Origin: an uncultured Methylomirabilota bacterium
GTDB taxonomy: Bacteria; Methylomirabilota; Methylomirabilia; Methylomirabilales; 2-02-FULL-66-22
Assembly (NCBI GenBank): GCA_963705305.1
Contig: OY970067.1
Span: 3,968,001-4,032,000 of the forward strand
DNA length: 64,000 bases
Direction: 5' to 3'
Shown here: piece by piece, positions 29,005 to 39,378 of the stretch
Layout: every line of letters begins with the position of its first letter
Position numbering within the stretch: the stretch's first letter is position 1
Translations under genes and position numbers: made by a program
Notes under the pieces: model-generated
Database searches by the model: none
Seen by the model: the letters and a program-made list of their open reading frames with translations, nothing else
Told to the model about the DNA's origin: nothing

Positions 29005-29879
29005 ATGGTAGAGCGAGTTCTGGTCGTGGACGACGAAGCGATCAATCGGGAGTTCTTGGAGGCCATTCTTGCACCGCAGGGCTTGGAGGTCGAGCTGGCG
29101 GCCGACGGCCCTGCTGCGCTGGCGCAGGCCACGGCCTCCCCGCCGGACCTCATCCTGCTCGACATCCTGATGCCTGGCATGAACGGCCTGGAGGTGTGCG
29201 AGCGGCTCAAGCAGGCGCCAGCCACGGCGGAGATCCCCATCATCGTGGTCACGTGCGTGGGCCAGGTGGTCACCAAGGAGGCCGCCCTGACGAGCGGTGC
29301 CGATGACTTCCTGACGAAGCCGGTCCGGCCCGACGACCTCCGGGCTCGGGTGGCCGCCATGCTCAGCGCCAGCAGACCCTGGCCCAGCTCATGCGCGACG
29401 TGCAGTTGGAGGCCTCGCCACCCCCAATCCCCATGCGCGTCCTGCTCGTGGATGATGACGCGCTTACTCTCGAGTACTACGGGAGCCTCCTCACCGAGCA
29501 CGGTTTTCAGGTCTTCGCCGCGCATTCCGGCGCCCATGGCCTGGAGCTGGCCCAGCAGTACCCTCTCGATGCGGCGGTCCTGGACATTGTCATGCCGGAC
29601 ATGTCAGGGATTGAGCTCCTCGAGCGCCTCCACCAGCAAGATCCCGACCTCCCGGTCATCATGCTCCCGGGGCACCCGACCTCGCAGAACGCCATTGCCG
29701 CCCTGAAGTTCGGGGCTCTGGATTTCATCGTGAAGGGCCTCGACCACAGCCTGGTGATCCTCGCCGTTCACCGGGCGATCCGGCACCGGCGGGAGATCCT
29801 CGGCAAGAATGAGGAGCTCGAGCGGCTGCGGACACGCATCGGGGAGCTGGAAAAAACAGTCGGGGAAGGAGCGCGCTGA
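29005..29879 (+). pseudogene. REC-REC protein split by an internal frameshifting deletion
   Basis: Aligns with intact 35690-36718 but lacks the segment equivalent to 36051-36126 (76 nt) at 29365/29366. Confidence 0.8.
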
Positions 29880-30061
29880 ACATCTGCATCTCGATGTCTC
29901 GTTTCAGGGGAGACGGAGGTGCACTCGGGCGCAGACTCCACGCGAAAACGGCCACGCCGTTACGACCCGACGACAACCCATGGCGCGACGAGGCCGATCC
30001 GGAGTGGGGGGAGAAGGATGACGCGCACCGACCTCGCTGGCCGGACCAGGGAGGGATGAGG

Positions 30062-31444
30062 ATGCACCCTGAAGGACGGGGCGCATGGCGCATCTTGGCT
30101 GCAGATGACGATGCGCCCAGCCGGGAGTTGATTACCACGATCCTCGAGCCGGCGGGATACTGTGCCTCGAGTGTCGGCGACGGTCAGGAGGCGTGGGAGT
30201 TTCTCAGGGCCAACCCCATCGACCTCCTTCTCTGCGATCTTGTTATGCCCCGGATGGACGGCATTGCGGTCCTGCGGGCCGTGCGGGAGCTCCCCGAGCC
30301 GCCCTCGGTGATCCTGATGACTGCCTTTGCATCGCTGGACTCGGCGGTGGAGGCGACCAAGCTCGGCGCCTACGGGTACCTGACCAAGCCATTCAACGCG
30401 GATCGCCTCTGTCACCTCGTGGCAAAGGCGCTGGAGGAGCGGTGGCTCCAGGCAGAGAATGTGCGGCTGCAGGGGGAGCTGTTGGGTCGGCACGGACTCT
30501 ACCAGATCGTGGGGGAGAGTCCACAGATCCGCGAGGTCTGCCGCCTCGTGAAGGACCTGGCCAAGAGCGACACGAGCGTCCTCCTCTTAGGGAAGAGCGG
30601 GACCGGCAAGGAGGTGGTTGCCCGGGCCCTCCATGGCGTGAGTCCCCGGAGAGAGCGGCCGTTCGTGGCCATCAACTGCGGCGGCTTGAGTGAGACGCTG
30701 TTAGAGAGCGAACTCTTCGGACACGTACGGGGCGCCTTCACGGGGGCCGTCGCGCCGCGACACGGGCTGATTCAGACTGCAGATGGCGGCACGCTCTTCC
30801 TCGACGAAGTCGGCGAGATGCCCCCGTCGCTCCAGGTGAAGTTGCTCAGGGTTCTGGAGGGCGGGGAAGTCCGCCCCCTGGGGACGGAACGCTCGATCCG
30901 CGTGGATCTCCGGGTGATTGCGGCGACCAATCGGGACCTCCGCACGGCGGTTGCGGAGGGGCGCTTCCGTGAGGATCTCTTCTACCGGCTCAATGCGATC
31001 TCTTTCACCCTGCCGGAGTTGGCCGACCGGCGAGAAGACATCCCGGTCTTGGCGCAGCATTTCCTGGAGCGGGAATGCGCCCGGGTGGGCCGGCGGCCCC
31101 TCCGATTTGCGCCAGAGGCCATGGATCTCCTGCGGAGTTACCGCTGGCCCGGGAATGTCCGTGAACTCAAGAATGCGGTCGCGCGCGCGGTTGCCCTGAC
31201 GCGGGGGGCGGAGATCCGCGCGCAGTACCTCCCACCGGAGATCCGCGAGGCCGATCCGCTCATCGCGGCCCCGTGGTGGCAGGGGGAGACGGCCCTGGGG
31301 GATCTGGAACGGCAGGCCATTCTCCATGCTCTGAGACAGACCCGGGGCAACCGCGCGGCCGCGGCCCGACTCCTTCGGATCTCTGAGCGAAGCCTCTACC
31401 GCAAACTCGATCGCCACAACCTCCGGGACGTCCTTCTTACGTAA
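30062..31444 (+). CDS. NtrC/AtoC-family sigma54-dependent response regulator
   Basis: [32 protein letters not shown], Fis HTH. Confidence 0.93.
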   Translation: MHPEGRGAWRILAADDDAPSRELITTILEPAGYCASSVGDGQEAWEFLRANPIDLLLCDLVMPRMDGIAVLRAVRELPEPPSVILMTAFASLDSAVEATKLGAYGYLTKPFNADRLCHLVAKALEERWLQAENVRLQGELLGRHGLYQIVGESPQIREVCRLVKDLAKSDTSVLLLGKSGTGKEVVARALHGVSPRRERPFVAINCGGLSETLLESELFGHVRGAFTGAVAPRHGLIQTADGGTLFLDEVGEMPPSLQVKLLRVLEGGEVRPLGTERSIRVDLRVIAATNRDLRTAVAEGRFREDLFYRLNAISFTLPELADRREDIPVLAQHFLERECARVGRRPLRFAPEAMDLLRSYRWPGNVRELKNAVARAVALTRGAEIRAQYLPPEIREADPLIAAPWWQGETALGDLERQAILHALRQTRGNRAAAARLLRISERSLYRKLDRHNLRDVLLT

Positions 31445-31602
31445 CCGCAGCCAGACTTCGCGATCCTGCCAGATCCGCAGCCCTCCAAGGTCCCGGCCAC
31501 CGATTCGTCGGGGTATTCCCAGACCGAGGCGGATTCCAGAACTCCTTGCCAATCCTCGCCCCGGTCCAGGCAGGGCAGAGCCTGGTCTTTCTCATGCCCC
31601 CT

Positions 31603-31617
31603 TGGCATCCTTTGTGC
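31603..31617 (+). promoter_or_regulatory. Putative sigma54 promoter
   Basis: TGGCATCCTTTGTGC (GG-N10-GC) about 160 nt after the activator gene. Confidence 0.55.
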
Positions 31618-31850
31618 CTTCTCGATCAGATCGACGGTTTGTGGTTGGCGCGAAACCCGACTTTCAGATTGAGGTGTGTGAGTTAGTGGTTGAAGAAATG
31701 GACCACTCTCAGCGGTCAGGTAAAGTGACAGACGGAATTCGATGGGTGGCGTCGGATTTCTCCCTCCCGCGCCGCCAGGGGAAGCCGCTGGTCCGTCCCG
31801 GCGTTCCCAGTGAGGACGAGAAGCTCGTGGCGGGCCTGACCGAGAAGGCA

Positions 31851-32732
31851 ATGCTCGCCGAGGAGTTGCGCCTCGCGGCCAAGCCTCTGGAGGCGAGAGT
31901 TGAGGACCGAACAGGGGAGTTGCAGGCGGCCAACGCCCAGCTCGAAGCGGCCTCCCGCCACAAATCCGGGTCCCTGGCCAACGTGTTCCATGAGTTGAGG
32001 ACCCCCCTGAACTCCATCCTAGGCTTTGCCCAGATCCGCTTGGAACAGATGCCGACAGTCCTCTTGGAGAAGCAGTTCGGCTACTTGACGAACAGCTACG
32101 GGAGCGGCCAGCACCTCCTGCAGCGCTTCAATGACATACTGGACCTCAGCGAGGTCGAGGCGGGGAAGGTCGTCCTCCAGCCCGAACCGCACCCGGTCGC
32201 AACGACCCTGGAGGACATCCTGGTCATCGCCCGTGGTCTCGCCCACAAAAAGGGCCAGACTATCCAGGCTGATCTCGGCTCGGATCTCCTACCCGTCCTG
32301 ACGGATCCCGGCCACTTCACACAGATCTTGGTCAAGCTTCTGAGCACCATAATGGAATTCACCCCCGACCACGGCACCATCAGGGTACCCGCTCGCCATG
32401 GCAGAGCACGTAGCGCTCAGGGGTCAGGCGACGGCTCAGGCTCTCCCTCCCATAGCCCCCAGCCCCTCACCGCCACCACAGACGGGTGGGTGGAACTCGC
32501 CGTTATCGATATGGGGATCGGGATACGGGCCAAAGACCTCCCGTGCCTGTTCCAAGAGTTTGTCCAGCTCGAGGCCACTGCGACCAAGCGGTACGAGGGG
32601 ACGTGCCGGGGGCTTGCCCGGACGAAGCGCCTCGTGGAACTTCATGGCGGGTGCATCGAGGCCGAGTCCCCGGGAGAGGGGAAGGGGAGCAGGTTCACCG
32701 TCCTTCTGCCGGTGCGAGGTCCCCAGGTATGA
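31851..32732 (+). pseudogene. Degenerate copy of the HisKA-HATPase part of 19806-22442
   Basis: Clearly paralogous but with altered boxes (LLSTIMEFT, DMGIGI, GTCRGLAR) and no sensor domains; start approximate. Confidence 0.75.
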
Positions 32733-35035
32733 GAGATGCGAAGAACGTCCAGGCGCGCCTCGCGGCCCTGCTTCAAGCGACGCAGGCCGTGAATTCTTCA
32801 CTTGATCTGGATCACGTGCTGCGGGAGATCGTCCAGCAGGCCGCCGCGCTCTCGGCCGCACCCGTCGTGCGCCTCTTCCTGCTGGATGACGAGAGCCAAC
32901 TCCTCCGCTGTCGCGTCGGCGTGGGGTTCCCGCTGGAGGCGGAGCCGGACCTGGCCATTCCGGTGGGGGCGAGCCTGTCGGGGCGGGTGGCCGTCACTGG
33001 CGAGCCGCTAGCCGTGGCCGACACCCGGGAGGACCCCCGCACCTACTACCCGGCGCACGTGTCGAAGTACGGGGTGGTCTCCTACCTCGGGCTCCCGGTG
33101 AAGTTCCAGGCCCGGCTGTTCGGCGTCCTGGTCTTCAACACACCCGCCCCCCGGAGCTATACAAAAGCCGAGATCGCCTCCCTCTCCGCCTTCGTTCAGC
33201 AGGCAGCCCTTGCGATCCAGAACGCCCGCCTCTACGCGAATACCCTCTCCGAGCTTATGGATCGTCGGCGAACGGAAGAGACTCTCGCGGCGCGAACCCT
33301 GCAGCTCGATGCCATCCGGGTTCTGACCGCCGAGATCACCCGGGAGCTCGATCTTCCCACCCTGCTGGCCCTGATTCTTCGGCGGGCGATGGAGGTGTTG
33401 GGCGCGGACGGGGGCTCCGTCTACTTGTGGGATGAGGCGAGCCGGACGCTGATCCCCCGCGCCTGGCACAACCTGCCGGAAGCGGTCGCCGCGCTCTCGA
33501 TCGGGCTCGGCGAGGGGCTTTCGGGGGTGGTCGCAGAGCGGCGGACCGGCGTGATCGTCAACGATTACCGGACGTCGTCCTACACTCACCCCCGTTTTCT
33601 GGCGAAGACCACCGTCACTGCCGCCCTGGCCGAGCCCCTCGTGTACCACGACCGGCTCGTCGGGGTCATCGTCCTCAACCAGCAGCGGGCCGAGGGGGCC
33701 TTCACGGAGGCAGACCGGGAGTTGCTCGCCCTGCTTGCTCCCCATGCCGCCATTGTCGTCGAGAACGCCCGGCTCTATAGCGAAATCCGGCAGCACGCGG
33801 CCACCTTGGAGGCCCGGGTAAGGGAACGGACTGCCGAGCTGGAGGACGCGGTACGTGTGAAGTCGGAATTCCTCGCCATGATGTCCCATGAACTGCGCAC
33901 GCCATTGAACGCCGTATTGGGCTTCTCCCAGCTCTTGCTGGAACGCGGATCGGGCGACCTGACATCGAAGCAAGAGCAGTTCCTTCGGCAGGTCCACAGC
34001 AGCGGCAATCACCTCCTCGGCCTCGTCGACGACATCCTGGACCTCTCCGAGATCGAGACGAGCAAGATTCGGCTCAGCCTCGAGCCTGTTCTCCTGGAGC
34101 CGCTGGTCCGCGAGGTCGTGGAGCTGATCAGGGTGCCGGCAGACCAGAAGCGGCTGGCGATCGGGACTGCGCTGGATCCCGAATTGCCGCGGGTGGTTGC
34201 CGACCGCGGCAAGCTCAGGCGGATCCTCAGCAAGCTGCTTCAGAACGCGGTGAAATTCACGCCTGAAGCGGGGCGGATCACCGTGACCACGCGGCAGGCT
34301 TCTGGTCTCGACCGCGAAGGGACGGAGGGGCAAGGGGGCACGGGAACATCTTCTCCTCCCTTCCCCCGCTCCCCCGCCTGCCAGCAGTTCATCGAGATCG
34401 CGGTCGCGGACACCGGCATCGGCATCGCGCCCGAGGACTTGGGGCGCATTTTCTCGCTGTTCCAGCAGGCCGACAGCTCTGGTACCCGCACCCATGGCGG
34501 GGCAGGCGTCGGTCTCGCCCTGGCCCGCACGTTGGTCGAACTGCATGGTGGTCGTGTGTGGGCGGAGAGTGCGGGGCCCGGCACCGGGGCGCGGTTCGTC
34601 GTCCGACTTCCGCCGCTGCAGGCGCCGCCGCCACCCCGCATCCTGCTGGTGGAAGACGACGTGCTCATGCTGAAGGCGCTGAGCCTTTTCCTGCGGGATG
34701 TCGGCTACGCGGTCGAGGGGATGGGGACCGGCCGGGAGGCGCTTCGTGCCATCGATACGCAGCGTCCGGACCTGCTCATTCTCGACATCGGCCTGCCCGA
34801 TATGACGGGGTGGGAGATCCTCAAGCAGGTGCGCTCGAGAGATTCGACGCACGACCTCCCGGTCCTCGTCCTTACGGAGTTGGGCCAAGACCACGCCGAC
34901 CAGGCCAACGGCCTGGGGGCCGATGAGTTCCTGAGCAAGCCGGTTTCCCCGCGCGTCGTGACCAAGGTCGTGCAGGACCTGCTCACGGGGAGAAAGCGCC
35001 ACGGAATGCCGCGAATGGATGAGCCCCAGGACTGA
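32729..35035 (+). CDS. GAF x2 hybrid histidine kinase-REC, paralogue of 22439-27343
   Basis: Two GAF domains, SHELRTPLN, NAVKFT, REC; same ATGA coupling to the upstream kinase. Confidence 0.92.
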   Translation: MRDAKNVQARLAALLQATQAVNSSLDLDHVLREIVQQAAALSAAPVVRLFLLDDESQLLRCRVGVGFPLEAEPDLAIPVGASLSGRVAVTGEPLAVADTREDPRTYYPAHVSKYGVVSYLGLPVKFQARLFGVLVFNTPAPRSYTKAEIASLSAFVQQAALAIQNARLYANTLSELMDRRRTEETLAARTLQLDAIRVLTAEITRELDLPTLLALILRRAMEVLGADGGSVYLWDEASRTLIPRAWHNLPEAVAALSIGLGEGLSGVVAERRTGVIVNDYRTSSYTHPRFLAKTTVTAALAEPLVYHDRLVGVIVLNQQRAEGAFTEADRELLALLAPHAAIVVENARLYSEIRQHAATLEARVRERTAELEDAVRVKSEFLAMMSHELRTPLNAVLGFSQLLLERGSGDLTSKQEQFLRQVHSSGNHLLGLVDDILDLSEIETSKIRLSLEPVLLEPLVREVVELIRVPADQKRLAIGTALDPELPRVVADRGKLRRILSKLLQNAVKFTPEAGRITVTTRQASGLDREGTEGQGGTGTSSPPFPRSPACQQFIEIAVADTGIGIAPEDLGRIFSLFQQADSSGTRTHGGAGVGLALARTLVELHGGRVWAESAGPGTGARFVVRLPPLQAPPPPRILLVEDDVLMLKALSLFLRDVGYAVEGMGTGREALRAIDTQRPDLLILDIGLPDMTGWEILKQVRSRDSTHDLPVLVLTELGQDHADQANGLGADEFLSKPVSPRVVTKVVQDLLTGRKRHGMPRMDEPQD

Positions 35036-35277
35036 TGGCTTCACGTGAGATGCGCGATTGTCGACTTTGGATGGGGGAGACATCGTCGTTCGATCACGAT
35101 TCGCGACTTCCACACTGTTCGCCGTCCATCTGGCGAACAAGGGTTGCGGCCGATAAATCGGTTTGTTGGTACGGGAGGGCTCCGTGGGCCTTCGGAGGAT
35201 CACCGGTCCTGGGCGAACAACCGAATCTTGGAGAGGCCGAACTCCCGAACGCTCGTGGTGATTTCGGAGGGAAGTTG

Positions 35278-35676
35278 ATGACACCACGTGTTCTGGTCGG
35301 AGAAGACAACCCCCTGCGCTCGGAATTGGTAGCGGCGCTCCTCGAGAACGAGGGGTGCCATATCCTTACGGCCCAGACGCTCGAAGCGGGGCTCCGCCTC
35401 GCCACGAGGGGGCAGCCAGATCTCATTCTGACGGACGTGCAGCTCCCGGGGATGACGGGGTACGAGGCCGCGCGCCGCCTCAAGGCGGATCCGGCCACGG
35501 CGGCGATCCCTCGAATGGCGAACACTGCCCAGGCCATGCACCGCGAAGCGGCCAAGGCACACGCGGCCGGGTGTGATGCGTATCTCCCGAAGCCTCTGGA
35601 GACGCGGGTCTTCCGGGAGGTCCTGCGCCGGTTCATCGGGAACGCAGGGGGGGACAGGGAGAGGGATGGTCACTGA
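35278..35676 (+). CDS. Single-domain response regulator, paralogue of 28533-28940 (partly degenerate)
   Basis: VLVGEDN, ILTDVQLPG, GCDAYLPKP. Confidence 0.75.
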   Translation: MTPRVLVGEDNPLRSELVAALLENEGCHILTAQTLEAGLRLATRGQPDLILTDVQLPGMTGYEAARRLKADPATAAIPRMANTAQAMHREAAKAHAAGCDAYLPKPLETRVFREVLRRFIGNAGGDRERDGH

Positions 35677-35689
35677 AAGCGAGGCCCAC

Positions 35690-36718
35690 ATGACAGAGCG
35701 GATCCTGGTCGTGGACGACGAAGCGGTCAATCGGGAGCTCCTGGAGGCGATCCTCGCGCAGGAGGGCTTCGAGGTTGAGTTGGTTACCGACGGCCCTGCC
35801 GCCTTGGTCCAGGCAACTGCCCTGCCGCCGGACCTCGTCCTGCTCGACATCCTGATGCCCGGCATGTCCGGCCTGGAGGTGTGCCAGCGGCTGAAAGGGG
35901 AACCGGCCACCGCGGAGGTGCCCATTATCGTGGTCTCGGCCGCGGGGCAGATGGCCACCAAGGAGGCCGCCCTGATGAGCGGTGCCGATGACTTCCTGAC
36001 GAAGCCAGTCCGGCCCGATGACCTCCGCGCCCGGGTGGCCGCCATGCTCAAGGTCCGCCGCATCCGCCGGGACCTGGACCGGACCCTGGCCTACCTCCAC
36101 GAGCTGGAGGCGGTCCGTCACGTCCAGCGCCACCGAGCCTCATCGCAGCATGTCGGTGACGAGAGGCTGGGCCCCTCGCCGGTCCCGACGCCCATGCCCG
36201 TCCTGCTTGTGGACGACGAGGCCCTCACCCGTGATTTCTACGAGGCTCTGCTCACCGAGCACGGGTTCCGTGTCTTCGCCGCGGGTTCTGGCGCAGAAGG
36301 GCTCGAGCTGGCTCAACAACACCCTATTGATGCAGCGATCCTGGACATTGTGATGCCGGAGATGTCTGGGATTGAGTTCCTTGAGCACCTCCACAAACGG
36401 GATCCCGACCTCCCGGTCATCATGCTCACCGGGCACCCTACCTCGCAGAGCGCCATCGCCGCGCTGAAGCTCGGGGCCTTCGACTTCATCGTCAAAGGCC
36501 TCGATCTCAGTCTGGTCGTCCTCGCCGTCCACCGGGCGATCCGCCACCGGCGGGAGATCCGCGGCAAGAATGCCGAGCTCGAGCGGTTGCGGACACGCAT
36601 CGGGGAATTCGAGAGGAATCAACATGTACCGACCGTGGAAGCTGTCCCTTCAAACGCTCAAGCCTGGAGCTGGGGCAAAGGGAGACCAGGTAGTGCAAGA
36701 GGCACCATCCAGCACTGA
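35690..36718 (+). CDS. REC-REC response regulator
   Basis: Two receiver domains joined by a helical linker; start at ATG 35690. Confidence 0.88.
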   Translation: MTERILVVDDEAVNRELLEAILAQEGFEVELVTDGPAALVQATALPPDLVLLDILMPGMSGLEVCQRLKGEPATAEVPIIVVSAAGQMATKEAALMSGADDFLTKPVRPDDLRARVAAMLKVRRIRRDLDRTLAYLHELEAVRHVQRHRASSQHVGDERLGPSPVPTPMPVLLVDDEALTRDFYEALLTEHGFRVFAAGSGAEGLELAQQHPIDAAILDIVMPEMSGIEFLEHLHKRDPDLPVIMLTGHPTSQSAIAALKLGAFDFIVKGLDLSLVVLAVHRAIRHRREIRGKNAELERLRTRIGEFERNQHVPTVEAVPSNAQAWSWGKGRPGSARGTIQH

Positions 36719-37133
36719 TACCCCCGTTCCTGCGGGTGCGAACAGGGACGGCAGGGGGGCAGGTGAATCGGATGGAATGCCTGCTTCAGGGGCCCAACGC
36801 GTGCCAGTCGTTGATGACAAGGCAGCCGCCTGCGGCCTAGTATCGGCCATGCTGGCGCCCACAGGGTACGAGATCCGGGGCGCGGAGGATGGCAGCCATG
36901 AGCTGATCCGGGCCAGCGAGGGGCCCTCCGGATCTCGCACTCCGCGACGACCGGGTGCCGGGGTTGGGCGGCTACGAGGTGCGCCGCCGCCTAATCCAGA
37001 ACCTTCACACGGACCGCATTCCGGTCGTCAGGGGGATGGCGAGCGACGATCCGGCCCTACGTCATCTGGCACACGCCGCCGGGGTCCAGACGTGTCCATC
37101 ACAGGACCGGGAATAGGGGATAGGGGCAGGAGG

Positions 37134-37859
37134 ATGGCCACACGAGATCCGGAGGCCAGGCGCTCCCTCTGGTTCCAGTACAAGTTCAGCTCACCGCAGG
37201 GCCGAGTCCGGGAATTCCACGTGCACTTGGACCCAGAGACGCTCGGCCTTATCACGAAAGGCTACGCCAGCCACCCGGACTGGACCCAGCTCACCTACCA
37301 CCAGTGTACGAACTGCCCTCTCCGGCCAGAAGATCACCCCCGCTGCCCCGTGGCGGCCAATCTGATGGAGGTGGTCGAGTGTTTCAAAGGGGACGTGTCC
37401 TGCGAACCCACCGATGTCGAGATCGCCACCGCGAACCGAACGTATAGGAACCGCGTGCCGTTGCAGGTGGGGCTGAGCGCCTTGGTCGGCATCTACATGG
37501 TCAGCAGCGGCTGCCCGCACCTCGATAAGCTCCGGCCCATGGTTCACAGCCACCTGCCCTTTGCGACCCGGGAGGAGACGACCTACCGCGCGGTCGCCAT
37601 GTACTGGCTGGCGCAATTCTTCCGGAAGCAGCACGGCGAGGAGCCGGATTGGGAGCTCGAGGGGCTGGCGAGCATCTATGAGGAAATTATTACGGTCAAT
37701 AGTTGCTTTCGCCTGCGGGTCGCGGCCCTTCACGTGGCGGATGCTGGCATGAATGCCCTGTTCCGGCTCGACTGCTATGCCCAGTTCACCAGTCGGCTGC
37801 TCCTGCGGAAGAACCTCGCGGAGATCGAGCGACTTTTCCGTCCCTACCTGGATGGCTGA
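37134..37859 (+). CDS. Cys-rich hypothetical protein (resembles DUF6901)
   Basis: AGGAGG RBS; WTQLTYHQCTNCP...CP, SGCP, HLPFATREET; family name recalled, not searched. Confidence 0.65.
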   Translation: MATRDPEARRSLWFQYKFSSPQGRVREFHVHLDPETLGLITKGYASHPDWTQLTYHQCTNCPLRPEDHPRCPVAANLMEVVECFKGDVSCEPTDVEIATANRTYRNRVPLQVGLSALVGIYMVSSGCPHLDKLRPMVHSHLPFATREETTYRAVAMYWLAQFFRKQHGEEPDWELEGLASIYEEIITVNSCFRLRVAALHVADAGMNALFRLDCYAQFTSRLLLRKNLAEIERLFRPYLDG

Positions 37860-38058
37860 CTGCTGCGCGGCTTGGTGAATCGCTGATACCGACCTCTCGG
37901 GAGACGACGGTCGAAGGCGCCAGCTCCTCATTCGTGCGGGGTCATCTCCCAGGTCACGGGGGGACCGGCCTCCGGCGTGGGTCCGACGGCTCTTCGCGCG
38001 GTCTCGAAAGGGCGATCTGGGAGAGGCGATCCGGACGGAAAATTCCCTTGAGAAAAAC

Positions 38059-38625
38059 ACCATCGAAGCGGATATCCGGCTCCTCACCGCCATCAACCAA
38101 GATCTCGCCCGGGCGGTCCAGGAGGGGAGGTTCCGCGAGGATCTCTTCTACCGCCTGAACGTCTTCAGCATCCACCTGCCCCCGCTGCGTGAGCGGGGGG
38201 AGGACGTCCTGCTTTTGGCGCACCATTTCGTGCGCGAGCTGGGGGCGCGTCTGGGCAAGGGAGAGCCGGGGTTCAGCGCCGACGCCCGGGACGCCCTCCT
38301 CACCTATCGTTGGCCCGGCAACATCCGGGAGCTCGAGAACGCCATCGAGCGCGCGCTCATCATCACCGAGGGGGGCCTCCTCACGGCGAGGCACCTGGGG
38401 CTCGGTGGGGGAGAAGAGGCGCGACCGGCCGTCCCCGATGGGGGGGCGACAGAGGCGAAGGCGGCCCCCGAGCCCCTCGCCACCCTGGAGCAGCGCGCCA
38501 TCCTGGCCGCCCTGGAGTCCACCCGCGGCAACAAGACGCAGGCCGCAGCCCTCCTCGGCATCACCCGGACGCAGCTCCACACCCGGCTGAAGCGGTTCGG
38601 GCTTGCCGCAAAGCCCACCGTGTAA
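38059..38625 (+). pseudogene. 3' fragment of a sigma54-dependent activator
   Basis: [35 protein letters not shown] and Fis HTH; no Walker A or GAFTGA upstream. Confidence 0.85.
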
Positions 38626-38747
38626 TTCTGCACGCTCCGTCCACCATTGCGCAGCCAGCCGCGCATCCATACACACCTAATTCACTCTCCATTTGTACGT
38701 ATTATCATCACATCAATCATTTCATGTAGTTGTGGAGCCATGGCAAT

Positions 38748-38763
38748 TGGCATCGGTGCTGCA
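38748..38763 (+). promoter_or_regulatory. Putative sigma54 promoter with upstream inverted repeat
   Basis: TGGCATCGGTGCTGCA; TGCGC-N8-GCGCA at 38648-38665 and an AT-rich spacer in between. Confidence 0.65.
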
Positions 38764-38848
38764 AACCTCCAGCGTGCGAGTAACCCAGTAATAGGCACGA
38801 GATCGGGCAGGCGTGCTGCTCGGAGCAAACGACAAAGGAGGACGAACC

Positions 38849-39139
38849 ATGAGGAGAGTGTTAGCTGCAGCCGTATTTGCCGCCATCCTGGCCGCCGCGA
38901 CGGCCATGGCCCTGGCGAGCGCACCCACGGTCCAGGGCACGGTTCAAAGCGTGGATCCCGCTGCCCAGACCCTGACGCTGGCGGGCGGAACGACGTTCGC
39001 GGTGCCCGCGACTGTCTCCACCGAATCGCTCCAGCCTGGCGACGAGGTGACCGTCGCCTATCACCAGGGGAAGGACGGGCAGAAGGTGGTGACCACGTTC
39101 TGGATCAACAGCCTGTACCAGTACCAGGTCTCGGACTAG
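38849..39139 (+). CDS. Small exported OB-fold-like protein (DUF1344-like)
   Basis: AAGGAGG RBS, signal peptide, QGTVQSVDP...LTL..GTTF...LQPGDEVTVAY. Confidence 0.75.
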   Translation: MRRVLAAAVFAAILAAATAMALASAPTVQGTVQSVDPAAQTLTLAGGTTFAVPATVSTESLQPGDEVTVAYHQGKDGQKVVTTFWINSLYQYQVSD

Positions 39140-39270
39140 CTCCGATCTGGCTCCCGCCGGAAGCGGCGGGAGGGCTTGGCTCCGCCGGGTGCTGATCGAC
39201 GGCCCAGAGGACGGCCTGCCTCCGAGCCCTTGATCGGTTCCTGACGGAAAGGAAACAAGGAGGATCTCAC

Positions 39271-39378
39271 ATGCGATTCCTCAAAGAGTCGAAATGGGTT
39301 GACTTGCTCACCCTGTCCTTGATGTTCATCGTCGCCGTGGCCGTCAAGCTCGGCTTGGCCTGGGAGGTCCTGCACTAG
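39271..39378 (+). CDS. 35-aa single-TM small protein (absent from the ORF track)
   Basis: AAGGAGG-N7-ATG; MRFLKESKWVDLLTLSLMFIVAVAVKLGLAWEVLH*. Confidence 0.55.
   Translation: MRFLKESKWVDLLTLSLMFIVAVAVKLGLAWEVLH

Noticed and set aside
33008..35287. 759-aa minus-strand ORF and many similar antisense ORFs
   Set aside because: Shadow frames of high-GC plus-strand genes with no recognisable motifs
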